From Gammaproteobacteria bacterium (GTDB taxonomy: Bacteria; Pseudomonadota; Gammaproteobacteria; JBCCGL01): a DNA stretch of 64,000 bases. The first letter of the stretch is position 1; the number at the start of each line of letters is the position of its first letter. Shown here piece after piece: positions 54,481 to 62,475 of this stretch. The stretch spans positions 864,001 to 928,000 of the forward strand of contig OZ255836.1 of the NCBI GenBank assembly GCA_965277715.1, read 5' to 3'. The position numbers and the translations under genes are program-made. The notes under the pieces were generated by a model, which saw nothing but the letters and a program-made list of their open reading frames with translations, did not search any database and was not told where the DNA came from.

Positions 54481-54644
54481 TTGAAGGCGCAAAAATCAAC
54501 AGCGAAGGCTATACAACGGGAAAGTGCCAAGGTGGGCAAACAAATAGAACAACTGCTTGACCGCATTGTGGACGCAGGGCCGCATATGTGATCAAAGCCC
54601 TGCCGTTCAAGGCTTTAAAGGTTTTTTTCGTGCGAGAAAGGGAA
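54481..54644 (+). pseudogene. Probable relic of a large serine recombinase C-terminus running into the tRNA 3' end
   Basis: Frameshifted fragments ...KAIQRESAKVGKQIEQLLDRIVDA / VIKA-LPFKALK... resemble, from memory, the coiled-coil tail of tRNA-targeting recombinases. No start codon or catalytic domain. Confidence 0.5.
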
Positions 54645-54720
54645 TGGCTCCCCGGGACGGGCTCGAACCGCCGACCTAGTGATTAACAGTCACCCGCTCT
54701 ACCAACTGAGCTACCGGGGA
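54645..54720 (-). tRNA. tRNA-Asn(GTT)
   Basis: TCCCCGGTAGCTCAGTTGGTAGAGCGGGTGACT-GTT-AATCACTAGGTCGGCGGTTCGAGCCCGTCCCGGGGAGCCA: 76 nt cloverleaf with encoded CCA. Confidence 0.98.
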
Positions 54721-54728
54721 ATTGGAAA

Positions 54729-54763
54729 GCGCGCATCTTACTGATTTGTCTCATAGGGGTCAA
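54729..54763 (-). promoter_or_regulatory. Stable-RNA promoter of tRNA-Asn
   Basis: Minus strand TTGACC-17 bp-TAAGAT followed by the GC-rich discriminator GCGCGC. Confidence 0.8.
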
Positions 54764-54895
54764 TCACCAGACACAATAATCTTGCGTTTAATTGTTTGGC
54801 ACAATACCGATAAAGTTGAATTCTTAAGTCCTTTTACCCGCCAATCATTTAGACTATTGCTCCTACATTGATTGTGAGTAACAAGCTGCCAGCCC

Positions 54896-56959
54896 ATGTC
54901 TACCGATCCACCACAGTATTTCGTCCGGCCACAGAATAAGCCGTTTAAACTGGAAAAGAAATTTGAACCGGCGGGCGATCAGCCGGAGGCCATCAAAGTG
55001 CTTAACGACGGTATGGATGATGGCCTGGCTTTCCAAACCCTGCTGGGGGTAACCGGCTCCGGTAAAACCTACACCATCGCCAATGTCATTCAACAACAGC
55101 AGCGACCGGCGATTGTGCTGGCGCCAAACAAAACACTCGCCGCGCAGTTATACGCTGAAATGAAAGCCTTCTTTCCACACAACTCTGTCGAGTATTTTGT
55201 TTCCTATTACGATTACTACCAACCGGAGGCCTATGTGGCGGCCTCTGACACTTATATCGAAAAAGACGCCTCGGTCAACGAGCATATCGAGCAGATGCGC
55301 TTATCGGCGACCAAGGCACTCTTTGAACGGCGGGATACGATCATCGTCGCCACCGTCTCGGCTATTTATGGATTGGGCGATCCGCGTTCGTACCTGAAAA
55401 TGCTCCTCCACGTAGTGCGCGGTGACCAGATTGACCAACGGCAAATCCTGCGCCGACTCGCTGAATTGCAATACAAACGCAACGACCTTGAACTGCAGCG
55501 CGGCACTTACCGGGTGCGCGGTGAAATCATTGACATCCACCCAGCGGATTCGGATCGCGAGGCGGTGCGCATCGAACTATTCGATGATGAAGTGGAAAAC
55601 CTCTCCTATTTCGACCCGCTCACGGGAGAAGTGTTGCGGCGCGTGCCACGGCTCACCATCTACCCTAAAACCCATTACGTGACACCGCGTGAAACCCTGA
55701 TAGGCGCCATCGAACAAGTTCGCGTCGAATTGGCAGAGCGCCTGGCACAATTGTATGAAGCCAGCAAGCTACTCGAAGCACAACGCCTGAAAGAGCGCAC
55801 GCAGTTTGATATCGAGATGATCAGTGAACTGGGCTATTGTTCGGGTATTGAAAACTACTCGCGCTACTTGTCCGGTCGGCAGGCGGGCGAGCCACCGCCG
55901 TGCCTGTTCGACTATCTACCGCAGGATGCCATGTTATTTATCGACGAAAGCCATGTCACCGTACCGCAGCTCGGCGCGATGTATAAAGGTGACCGCTCGC
56001 GCAAGGAAAACCTGGTGATGTATGGTTTTCGCCTGCCATCAGCGCTGGATAACCGCCCGCTGCGGTTTGATGAATTTGAGCAGCTATCGCCACAAACCAT
56101 TTTTGTCTCGGCAACACCGGGCAACTATGAAGCGGCCCATGCCGATGCCGTGGCCGAGCAGGTGGTGCGGCCTACCGGCCTGGTCGATCCCGAGCTGGAA
56201 GTGCGACCGGTGGCGACTCAGGTCGATGATGTACTATCAGAAATTAATTTGCGCGCGGCAAAAAATGAACGTGTGTTGATAACAACACTGACCAAACGCA
56301 TGGCAGAAGACCTGACCGAATACCTGGCCGAACACGGCGTGCGGGTGCGCTATCTACACTCAGATATCGATACCATCGAGCGGGTCGAAATTATCCGTGA
56401 TCTGCGTTTGGGGGAATTTGATGTATTGGTGGGGATTAACCTGCTGCGTGAGGGTTTGGATATGCCTGAAGTCTCGCTAGTGGCGATTCTCGACGCAGAC
56501 AAAGAGGGCTTTTTACGCTCTGAACGCTCGTTGATCCAAACCATTGGCCGTGCCGCACGCAACCTTAATGGCAGAGCTATTTTGTATGCCGACTCGATAA
56601 CGGGGTCGATGCAACGCGCTATAGATGAAACAAACCGGCGGCGCGAAAAACAACAGCAATTCAACCAGCGGCATGGCATTACCCCCAAGAGTATCGCCAA
56701 AGATGTCGGTGATATTCTCGAAGGCGTGTACTCCAACGCCTCGCATAACCAGCGCGAATATATCCTCAGAGTGGCGCAGGAAGAGGCTGAATACGTTGCC
56801 AAATCACCCGCGCAAATGCTGCGCGAGATTAAGCAACTGGAAAAGACAATGTACCAGCACGCACAGGATCTGGAATTTGAAGAAGCCGCCGCATTGCGCG
56901 ACAAAATTGCCAGAATGCGGGAAAAAAGCCTCAATATGCCGGCGATTAAAAGTGCCTAA
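54896..56959 (+). CDS. uvrB: Excinuclease ABC subunit B
   Basis: [41 protein letters not shown]-terminal UVR ([11 protein letters not shown]). Confidence 0.99.
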   Translation: MSTDPPQYFVRPQNKPFKLEKKFEPAGDQPEAIKVLNDGMDDGLAFQTLLGVTGSGKTYTIANVIQQQQRPAIVLAPNKTLAAQLYAEMKAFFPHNSVEYFVSYYDYYQPEAYVAASDTYIEKDASVNEHIEQMRLSATKALFERRDTIIVATVSAIYGLGDPRSYLKMLLHVVRGDQIDQRQILRRLAELQYKRNDLELQRGTYRVRGEIIDIHPADSDREAVRIELFDDEVENLSYFDPLTGEVLRRVPRLTIYPKTHYVTPRETLIGAIEQVRVELAERLAQLYEASKLLEAQRLKERTQFDIEMISELGYCSGIENYSRYLSGRQAGEPPPCLFDYLPQDAMLFIDESHVTVPQLGAMYKGDRSRKENLVMYGFRLPSALDNRPLRFDEFEQLSPQTIFVSATPGNYEAAHADAVAEQVVRPTGLVDPELEVRPVATQVDDVLSEINLRAAKNERVLITTLTKRMAEDLTEYLAEHGVRVRYLHSDIDTIERVEIIRDLRLGEFDVLVGINLLREGLDMPEVSLVAILDADKEGFLRSERSLIQTIGRAARNLNGRAILYADSITGSMQRAIDETNRRREKQQQFNQRHGITPKSIAKDVGDILEGVYSNASHNQREYILRVAQEEAEYVAKSPAQMLREIKQLEKTMYQHAQDLEFEEAAALRDKIARMREKSLNMPAIKSA

Positions 56960-57114
56960 TTGCGGGTGCTTTGATCCAATCCAAATAAAGTGCAATGACT
57001 ATTGAGTATTGCGATCTGCCGGATCTGCTTTCCACAGAAACAGTTGGCATACTGCCGTATTCATTACCAAGATATTGTCACTACCTGCATAGAAACAGAA
57101 ATAGAGTAAACGTT

Positions 57115-57251
57115 AGGAACGTACACAAAATAAATACCAGCATTTTAGCAATCCTGTAGTGATTCTACAGGTGAAGCTGAAATGCTGGTTAAAGCGCTTT
57201 AGATTCTGTGCATTAGGTGGTCGCAGTAGATTCAACTGAGGAATTTAGGTT
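57115..57251. mobile_element. Chimeric repeat: family B arm (B4, 57115-57138) fused to a 5'-truncated family A element (A3, 57135-57251)
   Basis: AGGAACGTACACAAAATAAATACC continues directly into sequence matching the reverse complement of 9163-9279 with few substitutions. Confidence 0.8.
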
Positions 57252-57345
57252 GAAATAGGCTAAAGGGTATATATGGGAAGTGCAATATTACGGCACTTCC
57301 CACACCAAGCTGTTCACAAGAAAAATATCGATTTATAGAGCGCCG

Positions 57346-58671
57346 TCAAAAGAACTCATCAAAATTCACCTGCCAGGTGCCGTAAATCCGTGTCGAGTCA
57401 GCTGTCCCTGCATAGTCACTAACACCGATATTGACATTCGCACCAACAAAAATTCGACCTGTGCCCAATACACCTATAGGTAATTGAAAGCGAAATTCCG
57501 CTCGTCTGCCCCGAACCCTCTCGGTTTTCCCATACAGGATATCCAGATAAGCCTCGGGACTGCTTGCGAATCGATAACCGATGTAGTTTTTGCGAATCAC
57601 CGAATTACTCCCATCGACGCGGCTTAGCGAAGTGGCGACGATTGGCCCAAGCGCTAATGCCCCCACACTTTGCACAACGCCCTCATTGGCAAAGAACACA
57701 TTGAGATCTAATTCGAGCGCCTCCTCCACTGTCGAGTTAGCTGTATTCTGACCCAGATTTTCACTCTCACCCGTAGTCGTTAAGAGTATATTGCCAAAGT
57801 AGTGTAGATCGTCGAATGGCCCCCATATATCACATTTTTTGACATCCTTGCGATTGCCGAAGGGGCCGCAAATCTGACTGTAAGCCATAAAACCGACGCG
57901 GGTGGTATTGCGATTTTCCAACTGACTATTTGTAGCGCCCTCAAAGCCAGCATAAAAGCTGTAAAAGCGATCTTTACCCCAGTCTATAAGTTTAAGTGGC
58001 GTATTGGCGGTGAAAGCACTGGTGCTCCTCAACGTCTTTTGCGCCTCTTGATAAAATTTTTGTGAATCAGAACCAGGTTTCAATATACTTTGAGTTATAA
58101 TGTAGTTTTGTACAAGCTCCAACTGATTTCGTAGTACCTCGCGTTTATCTTTTGAGGGGTTATCGGCTATAGATTGGTCACAGGTTTGCATTAAGGTTTG
58201 AAAATCTTCCAGAGACCGATTTGATGTCGCCTTTTCGTTAATGGTAATTTGTTTCATCAACTGGACTTTAAATGCCTCTGGCCGGGTTAAGCATTGTTCA
58301 CCTTGATGCTTAAGCCCCGGTTGTTTATCCAGCTTATCAAAAACCATTTTTAGCGCTGTATACGCAGCATCGTAAACACCCTTATTCTCTGTATCTTGTT
58401 TGCTGGATGTAGTCAGGTAACCAAGCATATTCTGCAGCTCAAACTGTAACGCCTCTTGCTGCTGCTTGATAAGATCCTTCGCTATTACTTGTTCACAGGC
58501 GTTTAATTTACTCTTAAATTTGTTTATTGGTTCATTCTCTGTTTTGAGCAGCTCAACTAATTTGTCTTTAAATTCTGCTGGTTGGTTTAGGCACTGGGAA
58601 CTGTCATTTGCCAAGCCGACCAGTGGGATAATAAAAACAGCTACCGATAAAACTATTGAAATAATATACAT
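57346..58671 (-). CDS. Hypothetical secreted protein: two helical Cys-pair repeats plus a probable C-terminal outer-membrane beta-barrel
   Basis: Signal peptide; repeats QCLNQPAEFK...NACEQ and QCLTRPEAFK...QTCDQ; amphipathic strands ending IYGTWQVNFDEFF; strong RBS (AGGAG). Confidence 0.7.
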   Translation of the reverse strand: MYIISIVLSVAVFIIPLVGLANDSSQCLNQPAEFKDKLVELLKTENEPINKFKSKLNACEQVIAKDLIKQQQEALQFELQNMLGYLTTSSKQDTENKGVYDAAYTALKMVFDKLDKQPGLKHQGEQCLTRPEAFKVQLMKQITINEKATSNRSLEDFQTLMQTCDQSIADNPSKDKREVLRNQLELVQNYIITQSILKPGSDSQKFYQEAQKTLRSTSAFTANTPLKLIDWGKDRFYSFYAGFEGATNSQLENRNTTRVGFMAYSQICGPFGNRKDVKKCDIWGPFDDLHYFGNILLTTTGESENLGQNTANSTVEEALELDLNVFFANEGVVQSVGALALGPIVATSLSRVDGSNSVIRKNYIGYRFASSPEAYLDILYGKTERVRGRRAEFRFQLPIGVLGTGRIFVGANVNIGVSDYAGTADSTRIYGTWQVNFDEFF

Positions 58672-58698
58672 GACTGTTTTCTCCTATTCTCCTATTGG

Positions 58699-59652
58699 TT
58701 AGAACCGGTACGCGTTAGCACGCGCATCAAATGTCATACCGTTAAGTGTTTCTACCCGCTTGCCATTCAGCGCCAAATTAAAAAATTCTTTAACGACATC
58801 GTTGGTCTCCTCGTAAAAAACGCCGTGGGTATTGCCGACATAGGGGCCATTGCTGAAATCGTAATACCTGGCGTTGGCAGCATTGAGGTTTTTAAAGGTA
58901 TTGCCGAGTCGACCAGGTTGAAAATTGATATCCGACCAACCGAGAGTTTTGTCATTTTCGTTAATAGTGATGTAAATGCGGCGCCCACTGTTAATATTTT
59001 CCACCCAGTCGCGGTGGCCACGGTTATCTACATCCGCCTGACAGAGAACGATATTTTCAAAAATCTGCGTTTCCTCATTGTACAAATTACTCTCGACATA
59101 GTTTTTTAGGAGTAAATTTCCCAGGCTATACGCCATGAGGGAAAAGCGGGTTTCGCAGGCTTGCAACGCAGATAAATTAAACGGTTGGTGCAGGTACGCC
59201 CCCAGTTTCTCGAGTGTTTTATCCAGTGCGCCGGCAGAAGCCAAGGCCATACGTTTAGCATCGCGGTATTCAGAAATAACTAAACCACCGGGATTCGACG
59301 GCCATGAAAAAACAATTACCTCAACACCGTAACGCTGTTGAATTCGCCAGCCCTTTTTCAAACTCTTCTTAAAGGACTGCCTAAATCCGTGAACCAAAAA
59401 AACGCAGTTTTTACTGTCGCGTAACAGGGATTCGCGCAGCGAACGGAATTGTTGTTCCGAGGCCAGTTTGCCTGTTTTTCTGTCAATCTCGTCAAGCAGC
59501 TCGACGCGCCATTGACCGTCTAATTTATCCACCTTAGCCAGGCGAATCTCGTTGGGGTTGACTATATTTAGTTGATCGCCAAAAGCCCGGTGGTCGCCGA
59601 TACCGCCCGATAAATTACGGTCATTAATGTTTCTATTGGTAATTACAAGCAT
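58699..59652 (-). CDS. Alpha/beta hydrolase, DUF900 family
   Basis: ITNR, VFLVHGF, FSWPS, YRDAKR.A..S, AYSLGN elbow, QADVD, NENDKTL, RLG, TH. AGGAG RBS before ATG 59652. Confidence 0.85.
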   Translation of the reverse strand: MLVITNRNINDRNLSGGIGDHRAFGDQLNIVNPNEIRLAKVDKLDGQWRVELLDEIDRKTGKLASEQQFRSLRESLLRDSKNCVFLVHGFRQSFKKSLKKGWRIQQRYGVEVIVFSWPSNPGGLVISEYRDAKRMALASAGALDKTLEKLGAYLHQPFNLSALQACETRFSLMAYSLGNLLLKNYVESNLYNEETQIFENIVLCQADVDNRGHRDWVENINSGRRIYITINENDKTLGWSDINFQPGRLGNTFKNLNAANARYYDFSNGPYVGNTHGVFYEETNDVVKEFFNLALNGKRVETLNGMTFDARANAYRF

Positions 59653-60006
59653 AATAGTCTCCTGTTCAATATAATGGGTTGGTCGGTGCATCGTCCTGAC
59701 ACACCGACCGTGAAAGTGGCTCTCATCATCACTGGCCAGCTCTTGCTGGAGATAGACATTCCACCTCCCCTCTCCCTGGGGTGAACCACCTTCGTTTATC
59801 GCGATCAATCCCGTTGAACGCGGGACGACCATATCTGGCCATCACTTCTTATCGCACCGCTCAAGCACTGCGCTGCAATTCGATGAAGACAGAGTAAATA
59901 GGTGGCGTGAGTTCAGAAGTTAAAGTAATGCAAGTAAATCGTGATTTTTCCAGGTTGAAAGTACCTCCACGGCCAATCACAGCCTAATTGACTATTTGAT
60001 TTACCC

Positions 60007-60048
60007 GACTCCATGTACTGGCTTGTGTGCAAGTTAATACATGGAGTC
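60007..60048. repeat. Short palindromic element family D, intact copy
   Basis: GACTCCATGTA / TACATGGAGTC 11-bp perfect arms enclosing CTTG-TGTG-CAAG. Second copy at 12493-12535. Confidence 0.75.
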
Positions 60049-60210
60049 CAGGCACACGATGCGCATTTGGGCAGGTACGAAAAATTTGCGCTATAAATAA
60101 ATAGTAGTTTTGATAAACCTTAGTTCCAGCACTCGAATCACTACAGTTAGCGCTACTTAAAATTCACGAACTATCGCTATTCTGTTGGCAAACTCATTCG
60201 ATCTGTTGCT

Positions 60211-60377
60211 AGGAGTCTGTCGGATTTAGGGCTGCTCTACTGCGGAAAAGCCGATTTGGCCCTTTTTTTGCGCACTGTTTCGTCAAATAGAACCACTATG
60301 TTCCTCAATAGTGCGCAAAAAAAATGACTCAAATCGGTCTTTCCTTCGCTACGGGCGCCTAAACCCGACAGGATCCT
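60211..60377. mobile_element. MITE-like palindromic element family C, full-length copy C1 (167 bp)
   Basis: Ends AGGAGTCTGTCGGATTTAGG / CCTAAACCCGACAGGATCCT; inner arms CCGATTTG/CAAATCGG and TTTTTTTGCGCACT/AGTGCGCAAAAAAA. Second copy at 46312-46376. Confidence 0.85.
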
Positions 60378-60413
60378 GGATGTTGTAAAACGTATTTTTT
60401 TGGCACACCACCT

Positions 60414-62456
60414 ATGCCTACCTGGAAAATTCAACTGCTTGGAGAATTCCGCTGTGTGACGCCGGACACCAGCGAGATCATATTGCCCGGGCGAAAGCAC
60501 CAGGCTCTATTTGCCATCGTGCTACTGGCGAAGAGCCGCAGCATCACCCGCGAGCGGTTATTGGATTTACTTTGGGGGTCGCGTTCTGAGGATCAGGCAC
60601 GCGCCAGCCTGCGTGGTGTGCTCAGTGAAATCCGGCGCGCCTGCCGCCCGTATGGCGGCTGCCCCATTCAAGCCAATCGAACACATGTAGCATTGGCTGC
60701 CGAGCCTGGTGTCGATGTCGATACCGATCTGCTGTACAGCGCTATACAACGCGATGACCCGCAAATCTATGCGGCGGCAAGTTATCTCAACGCCGCAGAG
60801 CTGTTGACGTCACTCAAAATCAACGAACGCGCTTTCGAACAATGGAAGGAAACCGAACAGACCAACTTACTGCGCAGCTACCGTAGTGCACTGATCCAAT
60901 ACCTTGCCACACTTGAGAAAGACAGACACGCCGAGGACATTGAGCGCGTTGCCAACTGCCTGCTGGGTGTCGACGATACCGACGAAGATGCCCATCGTAC
61001 GCTGATGCAGCTCTATCATTTTCGTGGTAACCACTCGCTGGCCCTGCGACAGTTTGAGTTGTGCGAGAGTCGTCTGAACGCGCTGTACGGCTCTTCGGTT
61101 TCGCAGGAGACACGGGTGCTCGCCCAACAAATCAAAACCACTCCGCAGCCTTTGCCAGAGACTGAAACCCTCACTGCTTCAAACCCAACGACAATAGCGA
61201 CAAAGCAGCCCGGTAAACCGCCCGGTGTCGCACTGGCGGTGATTCCATTTACACTGCCGCCGGGAGCGGATATCGACGTTGGTATTACCAGCTTTTGGGC
61301 CGAAGAAATCGCGGGCGCCGCCAGCCGTTTTAAGTGGTTTCGCGTGGTGCCCACCAGTGAAACTTTTCGCCTGGACGTGCGGGCGCTCGGTGCCAGTGGG
61401 GTAAGCGCCGCTACCGGCGCCAAGTACGTGCTCGGGGGGCGCTGCCGGGTACTACCCGAAGGCTACAAACTTACAGTGGAGCTGGCCGACGGGGTTAATA
61501 CGGAAACAGTCTGGAGTGAACTCATTACTTTGTCGCCACAGGCTTTGCTGGAACCTGGGGAAGTGTTAGAGAAAGTCGTCGGGAAATTGGACATTAAACT
61601 GCGCGCCAGTGAAATACGGCTGGCCTACCAGCTGGATAGAAACACGCTGAACGGCTATGAATGCACCCTGCTGGCGCTATCGAATATGTATGATCTCACC
61701 GCAACCACTTACCAGGAAACTGAGCTACTGTTCGACCGTGCAGTGTGCCTAAACCCCAATAGAGCCTGGTTTTATTCCTTCTGGTCGCTGTGGAAAATGT
61801 TTTGCCTGGGGCAAGACTGGGCGAAAGACCACGCCGAGGAGCTGCATACCGCTGGAAACCTGGCACGCCAGGCAATCAAGCACGACCCGGACGATGCATT
61901 GGCGCTGGCGATACTCGGCTATTTCACCTCCTTTTGGGATCATAACATCCTGCAGGGCCGCAAATATCTTGATCAGTCACTCAGTCTGAATCCCTATTCA
62001 TCATTGGCCTGGGTGTTGAGTGCAGCGACCTATTCCCACTCCGGCAAACCACAAGAGGCTCTGCGACGACTGGCAAAATCCCGTGCGCTGTGCCCTATAG
62101 AACCTCACTTCGAGTTTCTATACAACACTGCACACTGCATCGCACACCTGTTTAGCCATGACCCCGCCCAGGCATTACCCTGGGCTTACGATATCGTGCG
62201 CGGCAACCCTGGGTTTACCAATGGCTACAAGCACCTGCTGGTAGCCCTGGGGCACCTTGAGCAGCTCGCCGAATGCCAGCGCTATATACGTCAGCTACTG
62301 CAACTGGAACCGGATTTCACCATTGGCAAATTCATTGGCAACTATCCGTTCGCCAATGAGGAGGACCGCCAGTTTTACTGCGAAGGCCTCCGCCGTGCCG
62401 GGGTTGCGGCGGGCAAAGCCAGCGCCACGCTAATGTTGTTGCCTGACGCTGGTTAA
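60414..62456 (+). CDS. SARP-like regulator: winged helix + BTAD + TolB_N-like domain + TPR repeats
   Basis: IQLLGEF...RKHQAL...TRERLLDLLWG...QARASLR; DEDAHRTLMQLY...ALRQFE; LAVIPF; TPRs (AIKHDPDD, SLSLNPYSS). No NB-ARC Walker A seen. Confidence 0.88.
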   Translation: MPTWKIQLLGEFRCVTPDTSEIILPGRKHQALFAIVLLAKSRSITRERLLDLLWGSRSEDQARASLRGVLSEIRRACRPYGGCPIQANRTHVALAAEPGVDVDTDLLYSAIQRDDPQIYAAASYLNAAELLTSLKINERAFEQWKETEQTNLLRSYRSALIQYLATLEKDRHAEDIERVANCLLGVDDTDEDAHRTLMQLYHFRGNHSLALRQFELCESRLNALYGSSVSQETRVLAQQIKTTPQPLPETETLTASNPTTIATKQPGKPPGVALAVIPFTLPPGADIDVGITSFWAEEIAGAASRFKWFRVVPTSETFRLDVRALGASGVSAATGAKYVLGGRCRVLPEGYKLTVELADGVNTETVWSELITLSPQALLEPGEVLEKVVGKLDIKLRASEIRLAYQLDRNTLNGYECTLLALSNMYDLTATTYQETELLFDRAVCLNPNRAWFYSFWSLWKMFCLGQDWAKDHAEELHTAGNLARQAIKHDPDDALALAILGYFTSFWDHNILQGRKYLDQSLSLNPYSSLAWVLSAATYSHSGKPQEALRRLAKSRALCPIEPHFEFLYNTAHCIAHLFSHDPAQALPWAYDIVRGNPGFTNGYKHLLVALGHLEQLAECQRYIRQLLQLEPDFTIGKFIGNYPFANEEDRQFYCEGLRRAGVAAGKASATLMLLPDAG

Positions 62457-62475
62457 TCATCTGCCGCACAATCGC

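Noticed and set aside
54765-54895. LexA SOS box upstream of uvrB
   Set aside because: No CTGT-N8-ACAG-type site is visible.
59890-59945. SARP-type heptamer direct repeats upstream of the DUF900 operon
   Set aside because: AGTAA/CGTGA words recur but without consistent 11-bp phasing.
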